From Eledone cirrhosa (taxonomy: Eukaryota), in the NCBI GenBank assembly GCA_964016885.1, contig OZ024746.1, positions 82,088,001 to 82,152,000 of the forward strand: a stretch of 64,000 bases of DNA. Direction: 5' to 3'. Positions 1 to 14,121 of the stretch are shown here, piece after piece. The notes beneath the pieces were generated by a model, which was not told the DNA's origin, ran no database searches, and saw nothing but the letters and a program-made list of their open reading frames with translations. Position numbers and translations under genes: made by a program. The stretch's first letter is position 1. The number at the start of each line of letters is the position of its first letter.

Positions 1-101
1 GGCAAAGTTGACCTCGGCCAGATTTGAACTCAGATAGCAGAGAGGCAAATATCATAAAACATTCTATCCGGCGTTCTAACGACTCTGCCAATTCACCACC
101 T
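1..101 (-). mobile_element. tRNA-derived SINE family 1, 5' part
   Basis: Reverse complement matches the head of the copy at 33200 (ggtggtgaattggcag...gagttcaaat...gaggtcaactttgcc). Confidence 0.75.
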
Positions 102-1010
102 TATATATCATAATACAAAGTTATAAAAAGACCATATGCTAACTGGAGCGGAGAAGAACTTCCTTGGGCCTGTAAAGCACGCCTTTGTGTTAGATGTATG
201 GTACAATATGTATGTTATCGAGCAATTAAGCAATTTCGTCAGAAATGTCATAATATGGTAAAACAAACTATATAAAAGAATATAATACAGTCCATTGTAA
301 GATAAAAGAGTATCAGATTAATTCACCGAGACATCGTTTACTATGTTCCATCGGGTCGATGTTATGAGGCGAAATCTGTTAAAGCTGGTCACCCCGGCCT
401 AGGGTGGTGGTTCATCTGGTTATATTCGTTGGTATCTATCCAATTAATAGTTTTCGAAGGTTGTACATTACTTGAAGTCGAGAGGATGTTTATGTTTTCT
501 ATTCTTTATAATCTCTATCTCATCAAGTAGAAAATGAGGGATGTCTCCCATGTGTTAGATTACAGCTATATTAAGGAGTATATAACCCAGAGATCTCGGT
601 TATGATACTTAAGCATAATAACTGTAGTGGGGATAGAGCCTCCATTCCTCATTACATCTGAAGACACTAAATATCCCGTTCATGTTCGATGGTTTAACTA
701 ATGGGTAAATCCAGTCATTCTAATTAAATAAACTATTTAGTTTTTATAACTCTACACACGACAAATATGTATACCCTTTAAGAGATTCACTATCATTCTA
801 CGCCTAGCATTGTAGTGTGTGGCATACGGAAGCCGTCTGTCGCAGTGATCACATCACTGGTCTGACTACCTCCGTATCAATTCTTTGTTTATATTTGACT
901 ATAGGGATTACTAAATCTTTTATATTAATTACTCCGGACGACGTCACCGATTGTCTTGCGCCATGATCTGATGACGTAAGCCGGTCATAGAAATACGTAT
1001 TTATGCAACA

Positions 1011-1104
1011 TTAACTTTCCCTTTCATCCTTACGGGGTCGATAAAATATAGTACCAGTAATGTACTGGGTAATTGCTGGCCTTGTACCAAAAGTAGAAAC
1101 AATT
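1011..1104 (+). mobile_element. SINE family 1, 3' half
   Basis: ctttcatccttacggggtcgataaaat...gtagaaacaatta, matching the other copies. Confidence 0.8.
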
Positions 1105-1409
1105 AAATGAATATATTGAAATACGGCCTTTTTTTTTTCTTTCAAAAATATATATATATACTAATAGGGAAAAATCTAGAAATAGTGCAACATTCTGGTC
1201 TTCCCCTCCTTTCTCATTAAGTGTCCAAACTAATGCTGAAAAGATGTTTTCAGCTCTCGTAGATACCCCCCCCCCCCCGGACACAAATGCCACAACATCT
1301 TTAACCGTGACTTCATGTTCTTGGCACATGAGTATCCAATTTTGACCGCATGACGGTTAAAGTAGCTGTTATAGAAGACATGTCTACTTTCCCGTTTCAT
1401 TTTTTTTAA

Positions 1410-1699
1410 AAATTAGAATCTGTTACACTCCAGATGGAGCCGCTACTCCGAATGGAAAGGTCACAGCTCCGATACTATGGACATGTGATTAGAATGTCTC
1501 AGGAAATAATCGTTGGACAGATTATACGGGCAAAACCAACTGCCAGGAGACACAGGAGTAGACCCCTTGGCTGGTCTTGCTTGGCTGGTCTTGCTTGGAG
1601 ATCCAGCCGGATCAGTTGGAGACGGTTTCTTCTGACAGAACCCGCTAGAAGAAGTGTTTGAGGACTCTGCCCCGACGACCCTCTCAGGAATAAGTGAGC

Positions 1700-1730
<31 letters not shown>

Positions 1731-1793
1731 AAGAAGAAGAAGAAGAAGAAGAAGAAGAAGAAGAAGAAGAAGAAGAAGAAGAAGAAGAAGAAG
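1410..1793 (+). mobile_element. RTE-clade LINE 3' fragment with (AAG)n tail
   Basis: ERSQLRYYGHVIRM resembles the RTE ORF C-terminal LRWxGHVxRM motif; followed directly by (AAG)n at 1701-1793. Confidence 0.7.
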
Positions 1794-1964
1794 ATATATA
1801 TACGCATACATATATACATATATACACACATATATATATATATATATATATATCAATGATATTATGCTCCAGAAAACTTGTCGAGTGCTTTGAATCTGTT
1901 ATAAATATATTTGTTGAATTACCAACAAATTAAATATCTCTTTGCTTATATATATATATATATA

Positions 1965-2623
1965 CTAGCTGAATGACCCGGCGTTGCCCGGGTTTCTGCT
2001 GTTTTTATTCAGATTAGTAAACAATAAATATGAAGATGTTTTTTTTTTCTCATATTCATTTTATATAAAATATGTCAAAGTTATAATGATAATAGAAGAG
2101 ATTTGGTTTACTGATAAGAATTCAACTTCTTTTCTCAACCAAGAAACCAACAAAACTCACAAAAAGGGAACACGAAAAACAAAAAATATTAAGAATAACA
2201 AACCGAAATCCTAATAAATTTACTGTCAAATAAGGTTGAAAACAGAAATATGAAATCCCAAAAGACAAAACACAAACAAAGACAAACATAAAAATCAACC
2301 AAATTAATAATCACAAACTTACGTGCATTTATTTGCCTTCCTTTCAATTAAAATGGGGCTGGCACAGAGGCGAAGATCAACATGAAGTCGAACCATGTAT
2401 GGCACGGAAAAGAGGCTGGCACAGAAGCGAAGATCATCATGAAGTCGAACCATGTATGGCACGGAAAAGAGGCTGGCAATGAAGAGTGTTATCATTGTAG
2501 AGCCTCTTGGTAGACAACATTCTTAACTTCTCTTTTTGTTGAGTGGATGAAGAGTCCCCGCGGACTTCCTATTCGGGAACATCCAACGTACAGTTGGCCA
2601 TGTGAGAATGCCTGTTCACTCAG
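1965..2623 (-). mobile_element. Helitron 3' end (Pif1-like helicase C-terminus, terminal hairpin, CTAG)
   Basis: Minus strand 2623-2492 translates LSEQAFSHGQLYVGCSRIGSPRGLFIHSTKREVKNVVYQEALQ*; terminus is CCCGG-gcaacg-CCGGG hairpin followed by CTAG|T; contains a 57-bp tandem duplication at 2357-2470. Confidence 0.9.
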
Positions 2624-2637
2624 ATATATATATATAT

Positions 2638-3129
2638 AAAGTAAAATAAAAGTCAAATGTTTAAAATTTAGCTTCGTTTATTACTGTTATATATATTTCG
2701 GTGACACCCATCTTTGGCTGTGACCTCTTCAGGCAGTCCGAATTAGTGTGGTATAGACAAGTACATATGTTGTTGAGGTGTATAATTTTGTTATTTCACT
2801 GAGGAACTGGAATCATATGATTCCAGTTCCTCAGTGAAATAACAACCCAACCAGGAACTGGACATATTGACAAAATTATACACCTCAACAACATATGTAC
2901 TTGTCTATACCACACTAATTCGGACTGCCTGAAGAGGTCACAGCCAAAGATGGATGTCACCGAAATATATATAGCAGTAATAAACGAAGCTAAATTTTAA
3001 AACATTTGACTTTTATTTTACTTTATTTTACATTACTCCGGAGTAACCAAACTAACCTGCGCACTTCGTCGAGTGCTCCAGCCTGCATACTAAGGTGTTG
3101 GTATACAACCAACATATACTCAAAATCTA

Positions 3130-3130
<1 letters not shown>
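2638..3130. mobile_element. Penelope-like pLTR fragment as a ~390-bp fold-back
   Basis: 2638-2816 is the inverted copy of 2817-3030; homologous to 38527-38790; flanked by (TA)n. Confidence 0.7.
2924..2978 (+). ncRNA. Minimal type I hammerhead ribozyme, family B (antisense twin at 2683-2737)
   Basis: ACTGC CTGAAGA GGT..ACC GAAA TATATA TA GCAGT: stem I ACTGC/GCAGT, palindromic stem III. Confidence 0.8.
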
Positions 3131-3167
<37 letters not shown>

Positions 3168-3298
3168 AAAAGGTTCAGGACACAACGGCAGAGCTCAAGC
3201 CGTTTCGACGGCTATTTCTGGACGCCCAGAAATAGCCGTCGAAACGGATTGAGCGTTATGGTCCACCTGATTCCTTACCACACTTCTTTCGGTATGTA

Positions 3299-3423
<125 letters not shown>

Positions 3424-3554
3424 GTGAGGTTTTTTTTACAAAATGAAAGATAACCGAGGTGTCCTACACGAGTGAAAGTATAAAGAAAAAAAGATGAAAT
3501 CGAAAATGCAACTGGAGTCTTATTTTTAAAAAAATATATATATTTATTTGATTC

Positions 3555-3590
3555 CTTTACCGGTTTCGCAGTTCTTCTGCTTTTCAAAAG
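3555..3590 (-). ncRNA. Hammerhead ribozyme, U3-A8 core variant (family F)
   Basis: CTT TTGAAAA GCAG aagaa CTGC GAAA CCGG TA AAG. Confidence 0.7.
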
Positions 3591-3652
3591 TAGAGTTGAG
3601 ATGGAGGGTCTGTGGTTTTTCTCACATATATATATATATAAAATATAGAAAT

Positions 3653-3754
3653 GGCTTCTACAGGACTAGAACTGTTTCATTCGAAGGAAATCATCAGGAA
3701 AGCCCTTTCCTGATGATTTCCTTCAAATGAAACAGTTCTAGTCCTGTAGAAACC
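3653..3754. ncRNA. Two head-to-head hammerhead ribozymes, family C
   Basis: Minus 3653-3705 and plus 3706-3754: TTC CTGATGA TTTC cttc GAAT GAAA CAG ttctagtc CTG TA GAA. Confidence 0.8.
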
Positions 3755-3831
3755 ATTTCTATAGTAAATATTTATACTCTGCTATGTATTGTGTACCTTA
3801 CTTACTGTGGTTTCCCCCGATTGAAGCCGAG

Positions 3832-3916
<85 letters not shown>

Positions 3917-4128
3917 ATAAAGGAACGATCGACTTTCGTTAAATCGGACCGAGGGAACAATGTTTCCGTTGGTCTTTCCAATTGCTAATACTATCTATCG
4001 GTCGCAACTCCAGGTAGAAGGGGCAACGTGAAATAAAGTGTCTTGCTCAAGGACATAACGCATCGCATGGTCCAGGAATCGAACTCACAACCTTACGATT
4101 GCGAATCCAATTCTCTAACCACTCAGCC
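3917..4128 (-). mobile_element. tRNA-derived SINE family 2
   Basis: A box tggctgagtggttagag, B box gagttcgattcc, tccttgagcaagacactt core; near-identical to 13337-13541. Confidence 0.85.
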
Positions 4129-4330
4129 AAAAAAACAAAAGCGCAGGAGTCAATTGTACATAGCTGTTGGGAATGGAGGAGGTTTCGATGTTTCAGACTT
4201 AAGTCCTTTATCAGGAAAGTTGAGAGAAACTCCGAGAGGGAGTAAGGAGGGTTGTAAGGGGGGAAGTTAACAAGTAAAGAACACGAAAAGAAGAGGAAAA
4301 TAAAAATAAATATAAAAAACAGAATATATA

Positions 4331-4413
<83 letters not shown>

Positions 4414-4986
4414 TACCTAGAGGACAGCAGACTACCAAAAGAAGTATTGTATGGAGAGATGTTACAAGGAAAATGTCTGCAGTGCAAGCTACACAAAAGA
4501 CTGCCAGAGGGATACTCTGAAGAAGGTTAACTTCAACCCCAAAATAAGGGGAAAATCTTGCAACAGTCCGAACATAGTGGCGAAATCTGATTGCTACTAG
4601 TAATAAGGAATTAGAGCAGAAGCGGGGTGGAGTCTATGCTGAAGTAAAGCGAGCAGCTAAATATATGGGGGATATTAGTCCACTTCCAGAAGGAGGTTCG
4701 AAATATTCTTACCTATGAGGGATGCGGGTGTGTATACATGTCAAAAGCTGGTTTACTAAACCATAGCGGTCGTCATATTCGTGGATATAACACCTTTAAG
4801 TACTCCACACACCTTGATTTTGCATGTGGCATGTGTACCAAAGTGTGTGACTCTACAGGTGACCTAACACGACACAGCAAGCATAACACTGTATAGTATG
4901 AGACTTCCTGGTTTAATGAGCCATCTAGGGCGACATCAGCGATAGCAACATCAACAACATGTTTTTGCCAATGTCCTTTTTTTGTG

Positions 4987-5091
<105 letters not shown>

Positions 5092-5280
5092 TTCATATCT
5101 TATATTCATTTTAAAATGTTCATTCAGATGAACGATTTCAGATGTTTCTGTTGAGCTCGCCTGTTTTCGTGAAACCTTTGGTAAATGGAATAATTGTATA
5201 GTGTTGTTTATTACATAATTAAATAACTCTGTAGCATACATAGAGCACTCTCCCTTCCTTTACCCTTTCTATGGAAATAC

Positions 5281-5317
<37 letters not shown>

Positions 5318-5345
5318 TTAAGGATACTATTTATGGTTATGTATA

Positions 5346-5427
<82 letters not shown>

Positions 5428-5873
5428 AAATGTGTGAGATCCTAGGTACAGTTAGGTATATTTGAAAAAAGGAAAAGAATGACTTCACTTGTAGTTCTAA
5501 ACAATTTGATTTAATTTTATAATATTATATTATGAGTTGGTAGATCTACCAACTCATAATATCAGAACTACAAGTGGAGTCATTCTTTTCCTTTTTTCAA
5601 ATATATATATATATTATATATAACGAAGAGGATGTGGTAAAGAACCAGATGGACTATAACGCAACAGAGTACTCAATACTTAGGGTAGTAGATTGGGTAA
5701 TAGGAAAATGTTTAACCCCGACGGCAGAGCTCAAGCCATTTCGACGGCTATTTCTGGACACAGAAATATGAGCTCTGCCGTCGAGGCCCAAAACTTCTCC
5801 GAGTGCGTCATCGCACTTGCCCACCACTAATCCTCTATAGAACTCGAGAGTGGAAGTTCCACTAATAATAATA

Positions 5874-6797
5874 GGGAGCCAATGCTCAAAATTGTACTGA
5901 AGGAGAAGACAATAGACCAGGGGATGTCCAAGGAGGAAATAACAACAAGGAGGAAGAGCAACCTTCATGAAAAATCCCTTCATAGCTCCTTCTTTAAGAA
6001 AACGGAATTTAGAGATCCACAGACATGGAACTGGTTAAAAAGTGGAGACCTTAAAAAAGCTACAGAAGGAATGCTAATGGCTGCGCAAGAGCAAGCCCTC
6101 AGAACGAAGTGGGTGAAACACCATATTGACAAGGAGGAAGCTAGCTCACTGTGTAGGATCTGTGGAGAGAGAGAGGAGACTGTGGCTCACATTGTATCCG
6201 AGTGTAAACACCTAGCCCAGACTCACTATAAAGGCAGGAGACATGATGTGATGGGCAGGGTGATTCCCTGGCATCTATGCAAAGTAAACAATTTACCACA
6301 TTTTGAGAAGTGGTATGAGCATAAGCCAGAGTCGGTGATAGAAAACGATCAGGTGAAGGTGCTGTGGGATTTTAGGATACAGACGGACAAGAAATTAGAA
6401 CACAATAGGCCTGACCTGGTGGTTTTTGACAAGAAAAAAAGATCGTGTCTGATTGTAGATGTAGCCTGCCCATTTGAAACGAGAGTGCAAGAAAAGGAGA
6501 GGGAGAAAATTAACCGATACCAGGATTTAAAGAGGGAGTTATAAAGGATTTGAAACTGCCATGAAGTCAAGGTCGTCCTGATCATCATAGGCGCACTAGG
6601 TACTATCTCAAAGAGCTTCCAAGGATGGTTAAAGAAGATTAGTCCACCCCCGCTTTTTGGAACACTTCAAAAGGCATGCTTGCTAGAAACAGCAAGAACC
6701 TTCCGATACGTCCTGAATGTCTGAGGCTGAAGGTAACGGCTTGATATTCATTTCAACAAACTTTCCAGTTAAATAACATCAATGACTGAGACTCAAA

Positions 6798-6860
<63 letters not shown>
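5874..6860 (+). mobile_element. Dong/R4-like non-LTR retrotransposon 3' fragment (CCHC knuckle plus restriction-like endonuclease), pseudogenised
   Basis: CRICGEREETVAHIVSEC, RHD and NRPDLVV..IVDVACP motifs; frame continues through stops to 6724; flanked by taataata and (TAA)n. Confidence 0.85.
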
Positions 6861-6862
<2 letters not shown>

Positions 6863-6865
6863 TAT

Positions 6866-6946
<81 letters not shown>

Positions 6947-7012
6947 GTTTACACACTTCATCAGCAAATAAATATACCCTGTACAGGTAATCATGGTATG
7001 TATGCATTTTGA

Positions 7013-7070
<58 letters not shown>

Positions 7071-7072
7071 AC

Positions 7073-7170
7073 ACAGAGTGTCCCTCAAAATGCATACATA
7101 CCATGATTACCTGTACAGGGTATATTTATTTGCTGATGAAGTGTGTAAACATTTTTTGGGGGCATCCTAT
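7073..7170. mobile_element. Possible Tc1/mariner-type mini MITE, partly re-copied inverted at 6944-7013
   Basis: Imperfect TIRs cagagtgtccctcaaaa / ttttgggggcatcct in a TA context. Confidence 0.4.
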
Positions 7171-7464
7171 ATATATACTTATGTACTATCCGTAATTAAA
7201 TCTTCATTTTTCTCTCCCCTGCCCTCTCTTTATATATACATATATATGTATATATATATATATAAAGAAAAAGAGATGAAATCGAAAATGCAACTGGAGT
7301 CTTATTTTTATTAAAAAATATATATATTTATTTTAAAATATATATATATTTTTTTTAAATAAGACTCCAGTTGCATTTTCGATTTCATCTCTTTTTCTTT
7401 ATACTTTCACTCGTGTAGGACACCTCGGTTATTTTTCATTTTGTAAAAAAAACCTCACTTTCTA

Positions 7465-7522
<58 letters not shown>

Positions 7523-7581
7523 TTTTAATATAGATGAGATTCTACAGGACTAGAACTGTTTCATTCATTAGAAATCATCAG

Positions 7582-7634
7582 GAGATTCCTGATGATTTCT
7601 AATGAATGAAACAGTTCTAGTCCTGTAGAATCTC
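7582..7634 (+). ncRNA. Hammerhead ribozyme, family C (in the 7526-7648 fold-back)
   Basis: GAGATTC CTGATGA TTTC taat GAAT GAAA CAG ttctagtc CTG TA GAATCTC; 7-bp stem I, compensatory relative to the copy at 42216. Confidence 0.85.
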
Positions 7635-7715
7635 ATCTATATTAAAACTTTTATACTCTGCTATGTATTGAGTACCTTACTTACTGTGGTTACCTCCGAT
7701 TCAACCCGGAATAAC

Positions 7716-7794
<79 letters not shown>

Positions 7795-7826
7795 AGAATA
7801 TTTTCGAAACAGCGAGTGGATTTGAA

Positions 7827-8059
7827 ATTATTAGAAATGTTAGCTATCGCCGTATTTTGACTAAAGAAATTAAAGAAATTATTTAGCCTGATAGTGGGGT
7901 TAAAAACCCTCGGAGAAATGGAAAAAGATGAGTATTGACGTCCCATGTACGTCAATACTCATCCTTTTCCATTTCTCCGAGGGTTTTTAACCCCACTATC
8001 AGGCTAAATAATTTCTTTAATTTCTTTAGTCAAAATACGGCGATAGCTAACATTTCTAA

Positions 8060-8064
<5 letters not shown>
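7827..8064. repeat. Near-perfect fold-back, ~113-bp arms
   Basis: Axis at gacgtcccatgtacgtc (~7943); (TA)n on both sides. Confidence 0.9.
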
Positions 8065-8131
<67 letters not shown>

Positions 8132-8332
8132 AAAAGTGTAAGGACCCCGACGGCTGAGTCCCGGTCGTTTCGACAGTTAGATCCGAATTGTTCGGATCTA
8201 GCTGTCTAAACGGCCGGAGTTCAGTCGTCGGGGTCCTGACTCTTTTCCTATTACCCACTCTACTACCCTAAGTATCGAGTACTCTGGTGCGTTATGGTCC
8301 ATCTGGTTCCTTACCATACCACACTTTCTTCG

Positions 8333-8488
<156 letters not shown>

Positions 8489-8561
8489 GGGAGCTTCCAA
8501 CAGAAATGGTCGCATTCTTTAAGGGTATGTCAATATTTATTTATAAAACTGATCTATATTA

Positions 8562-8627
8562 TATTTTATCTGATGAAAGCGCACCATAATTTGCCTTGGT
8601 TGCCCTTGAAATATGTATAATGAAATA
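8562..8627 (+). ncRNA. Minimal hammerhead ribozyme, family A
   Basis: TATTTTAT CTGATGA AAGcGCACCA..TGGtTGCcCTT GAAA TATGTA TA ATGAAATA. Confidence 0.8.
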
Positions 8628-8668
8628 AATATGGTTTTATAAATATAGTTTCCATTTATTAATTTATC

Positions 8669-8745
<77 letters not shown>

Positions 8746-8746
8746 A

Positions 8747-8880
<134 letters not shown>

Positions 8881-8884
8881 TTTT

Positions 8885-8950
8885 TTTTTTATCTGATGAA
8901 AGCGCACCATAATTTGCCTTGGTTGCCCTTGAAATATGTATAATAAAATA
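8885..8950 (+). ncRNA. Minimal hammerhead ribozyme, family A, tandem second copy
   Basis: Direct repeat of 8562-8657 across a (TA)n(TG)n tract. Confidence 0.8.
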
Positions 8951-8988
8951 AATATGGTTTTATAAATATAGTTTCCATATATTAATAT

Positions 8989-9052
<64 letters not shown>

Positions 9053-9591
9053 TGGGGAGAGAGAGAGAGAGAGAGAGAGAACGTACATATAATACAGACA
9101 CAAACCAACAAACACACAGATACAGATAGATTCAGAAACATGCATATATACGGGTAATGAAAATGAAAAATAAATAAATAATAATAATGAGAGATTTAAT
9201 ATTTACCAGTTGCCGAATTACTGATAACAAGTTGTTGAAATATGTTGGGCCGTTTTTTTGTCTCCTTGTTATTGTTAAACAATATATACTAACGTTGTAT
9301 AAAATGAAAATGTTTGTTACAGGCTCAACATCATCATTGTATAGAAACTGCTAAATTTCGTTGTCGTTGTTGTTGCTGTTGTTGTTGGTTTTTTATTGTT
9401 CATGTTATTGTTGTTTTCATAAAGGAAAAAATATATTTTCTTTCCATCATATTTGTGTTATATATTCCCGCGTAATTTCTCGCAGCTAAAGAATCTCCTT
9501 CAAATTATTTTGTTTTGGTTCGCGGGTTTTTTTTTTCTTTACTTTTTTCGTTTTCTGTTGTTGTTGTCGTTGTTTATTGTTTTTTTTTCTT

Positions 9592-9650
<59 letters not shown>

Positions 9651-9774
9651 TGTAATTCGTCTCTCAAGTTTTGCTTTCGTGTATTTCCTGTTACATCAAC
9701 AAAAGACCGACTATCCTATCGATATGTATAACTCTTTCTCTCCATTCCTCTTTCTTTTTCTCTTTCTCTCTCTC

Positions 9775-9815
<41 letters not shown>

Positions 9816-10936
9816 TTGTCTCCCACTCTCTCACTTCTCTCTGTATGTGTGTATGTATGTATTTATGTATACATGTATTTATGTATGCATGTATGTATGT
9901 ATGTGTGTGTATGTATGTATGTATGTATGTGTGTGTATGTATGTATGTGTGTGTGTATGTATGTAAGTATATATGTATGTGTGTATGTATTTATGTATAT
10001 ATTATTCTTTTGTTTTCCCTTTCTATTTAACTCAAACAAACGAACGATAAATTGTTTTAAATGGATGACATAAGCAATGTGTCCTGTTCAGATAAGTTGG
10101 GAAAGAATAATATCAGAGATAGAGAGAGGGGGGTGATGAAAGGAAGGGGAGTAGAGACAATGAGGAAGAGACTGAGATAGCTAGAGTCGTAAACAGGTGG
10201 AGATGAAAAGTGAAGAAAGAGATAGAGAATGGTAGGCAGTGAGAGGGAGAGAGAACAGAATAAGTAGAGAGAGAAGGAAAGAAAGAAAGAGGGAGTGTGT
10301 GTGTAGGAGTAGGAAGAAGATGTAGAGATTGAGAGGGCGGAGATGAGAAGGAGCTACAAATAAAATGATGTGTGATGTGAAGAAGCAGTAATACTGCAAG
10401 TGGAGCATAAATGATGAGAAAAAATAAAAGGAGTGTAGCAGTTAAACCCCAAGACTCCATTCAATTTTATTCAATAAATGTTCATCAAATTATATAATAA
10501 ATAAGGAAAAGAATAAAATTAAATAATGAAAGTAATGAGAAGGGGATAGGGTGTGGCAGTTTCTATACCCCTGTCTAGTCGGTATATCCCAGCTACGTCT
10601 CGTAAAGGTATTGCCGCGGAGATCAGTTAGTGACCCTCGCTACAGTAGTTAAAAATAAGTAAAACTTGAAAAAGAAGTTAATTTGGATGAAAGCGAGAGA
10701 GGGGGGTGGGGATGGTGTTTGAGAAAAAGCTAGAGAGTGGAAGGGTGATGAGAAATGGTGAGAAATGATTATCAAAACACCATAAAATGAGAATTCAACC
10801 CTTTATTTATTCGATATTTTATTTACTTTATACTACCCAGAAGCTAAGAGTAAACGCAAGGAACAAACGAACTAACGTTCAAAACATTCTTAATAATCAA
10901 TCAGCTAGCTAACGAACTTCTCGCCAACTTCAGAGA

Positions 10937-12192
10937 GACATATGTGTGAGCATGTATGTCGTCTGCTAGTCGATTGCGCTCAGATATATACACTCACACA
11001 CATACAAATGTGTGAGCATGTATGTCGTCTGCTAGTCGATTGCACTCAGATATATACACTCACACACATACAAATGTGTGAGCATGTATGTCGTCTGCTA
11101 GTCGATTGCGCTCAGATATATACACTCACACACAGACATATGTGTGTGCATGTATGTCGTTTGCTAGTCGATTGCTGTCAGATATATACACTCACACACA
11201 GACATATGTGTGTGCATGTATGTCGTCTGCTAGTCGATTGCGCTCAGATATATACACTCACACACATACAAATGTATGTGCATGTATGTCGTCTGCTAGT
11301 CGATTGCGCTCAGATATATACACTCACACACAGACATATGTCGATTGCACTCAGATTTACACTTTCACACACAGACATATGTGTGTGCATGTACATGTCT
11401 ACCAGTCGATCACGCTCAGATATACACACTCACACACAGACATATGTGTATGCATGTATATGTCTACCAGTCGATCACGCTCAGATAGACACACTCATAC
11501 ACAGACATATGTGTGTGCATGTATATGTCTACCAGTCGATCACGCTCAGATATACACACTCACACACAGACATATGTGTATGCATGTATATGTCTACCAG
11601 TCGATCACGCGCAGATATACACACTCACACACAGACATATGTGTATGCATGTATATGTCTACCAGTCGATCACGCTCAGATAGACACACTCATACACAGA
11701 CATATGTGTGTGCATGTATATGTCTACCAGTCGATCACGCTCAGATATACACACTCACACACAGACATATGTGTGTGCATGTATATGTCTACCAGTCGAT
11801 CACGCTCAGATATACACACTCACACACAGACATATGTGTGTGCATGTATATGTCTACCAGTCGATCACGCTCAGATATACTCACTCACACACAGACATAT
11901 GTGTGTGCATGTATATGTCTACCAGTCGATCACGCTCAGATATACACACTCACACACAGACATATGTGTGTGCATGTATATGTCTACCAGTCGATCACGC
12001 TCAGATATACACACTCACACACAGACATATGTGTGTGCATGTATGTCATCTGCAAGTCGATTTCACAGACATATGTGACACATGTGTGTATATATATCTC
12101 AGCCAGTCGCTCAGGTATACACTCTCACACACAGACATATGTGTGTGTGCATATCTCAGCCAGTCGATCACGCTCAGATATACACTCTCACA
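10937..12192. repeat. Minisatellite: ~6 x 66-bp units followed by ~11 x 65-bp units
   Basis: Units atgtgtgagcatgtatgtcgtctgctagtcgattgcgctcagatatatacactcacacacatacaa and catatgtgtgtgcatgtatatgtctaccagtcgatcacgctcagatatacacactcacacacaga. Confidence 0.95.
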
Positions 12193-12580
12193 CAACGGGA
12201 AAGCCCGCTCACGAAGATAACGAACAAGTAGCTGAGCATTCCAGAGATGCGCACCTTTAACGTAGTTCTGAGAGAGATTCAGCGTCACCACTTCCCTACC
12301 CAATTTTGCCAGTTGAGTGGAGTGGAGAAACGTGAAATAAAGTGAATTGTTCAAGGACACAATACTCTACCTGGAATCGAACTCACAACTTTACTATAGT
12401 TAATTGAGCACACCAATTCTAACCCCCCCCCCCCCCCCCGCCCCCACCCCACCCCCACCCCACCCCAAAAAACACACACACATACTTTATCAATCTTTTT
12501 GTCGAGCCGCTAATCACATTCACGCATACCCACGCACACGCACACAAACGCACACACATACACACATACATACATAATAC

Positions 12581-12613
<33 letters not shown>

Positions 12614-13336
12614 CATAATTCGAAAGCCAGCCTTGTCATATACTATGTCACACAACATCTCTCTAAAAACTACGTTAAATATGTGCATGTTTATGGAATG
12701 CTCAGCCACTTCCACGTTATGAGCGGACTGACCCATTGTTCACAGACACATACACTCACGTGTAAATCTGTGACTGACGGTAGAGAAGTTGCAGAGAAGC
12801 TCGTTAGCTGGCTGATTGGTTGTTTTCTTCGTTCGTTCTTCGTGCTTATACAACACGTAAAAAACTAAACTACACCTCCAGCTTCTGCAGTTTCCGTCGC
12901 CCAAATTCCATTTACAAAAGTATTGGTAATCACAAATCTATAATAATAAAACACTTTCCCAAGCTGCCGCGCAGGTTTTGAATAATCGTCGTCCCCCCAG
13001 TTCATTAATTTTTCTGATTTTTTCTACCCACCACACCGCTTTAACCCTCCCTCCTTCCGCTTATTAAATTTTGCTACTCTACCCCCGGCGAAATTTTATT
13101 GTAAACGATTCATATTGATACAGCAGCTGGAGAATCTAATAATAATTTTATTTGACATTAAAAAACATTATATATGACAAAAAAAGAACATTACAAGAAA
13201 TCCCATATTTACGAACGACAATATATATATATGAAAAAAATTCAGGACCTCGACGGCTGAGCTCTGACCGTTTCAACAGCTCTAGTATCGAGTACTCTGG
13301 TGAGTAATGGTCTAACTGGTTTTTACCTCCTCCAAT

Positions 13337-13539
13337 CTGGTTAGAGAATTGGATTCGCAATCGTAAGGTTGTGAGTTCGATTCCTGGACCAGACGATGCG
13401 TTATGTCCTTGAGCAAGACACTTTATTTCACGTTGCTCCTTCTACCTGGAGTTGCGACCGATAGATAGTATTAGCAATTGGAAAGACCAACGGAAACATT
13501 GTTCCCTCGGTCCGATTTGACGAAAGTCGATCGTTCCTT

Positions 13540-13541
<2 letters not shown>
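13337..13541 (+). mobile_element. tRNA-derived SINE family 2
   Basis: tggttagag...gagttcgattcc...tccttgagcaagacactttatttcacgttgctcc. Confidence 0.85.
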
Positions 13542-13588
<47 letters not shown>

Positions 13589-13628
13589 TTGCGAGGTTTT
13601 TTATATGAAATCGTGTGTCGAAACAAAT

Positions 13629-14121
<493 letters not shown>

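Noticed and set aside
962-1007. HHR-like CTGATGA..GAAA TACGTA TT
   Set aside because: Stems I and II do not pair properly; at best a decayed copy
1301-1360. TTAA-CCGT...ACGG-TTAA mini piggyBac-like element
   Set aside because: Only ~60 bp with very short TIRs; may be chance
7133-7150. CTGATGA within the MITE-like repeat
   Set aside because: No downstream stem II-GAAA-UH
10937-12192. CRISPR-like periodicity (also 61625-61780)
   Set aside because: Head-to-tail tandem units without unique spacers, no cas genes, eukaryotic context
10942-12260. 378-aa and 390-aa Cys/His-rich repeat ORFs
   Set aside because: By-products of a stop-poor minisatellite; the 65-bp unit is not a multiple of 3 and cycles through frames
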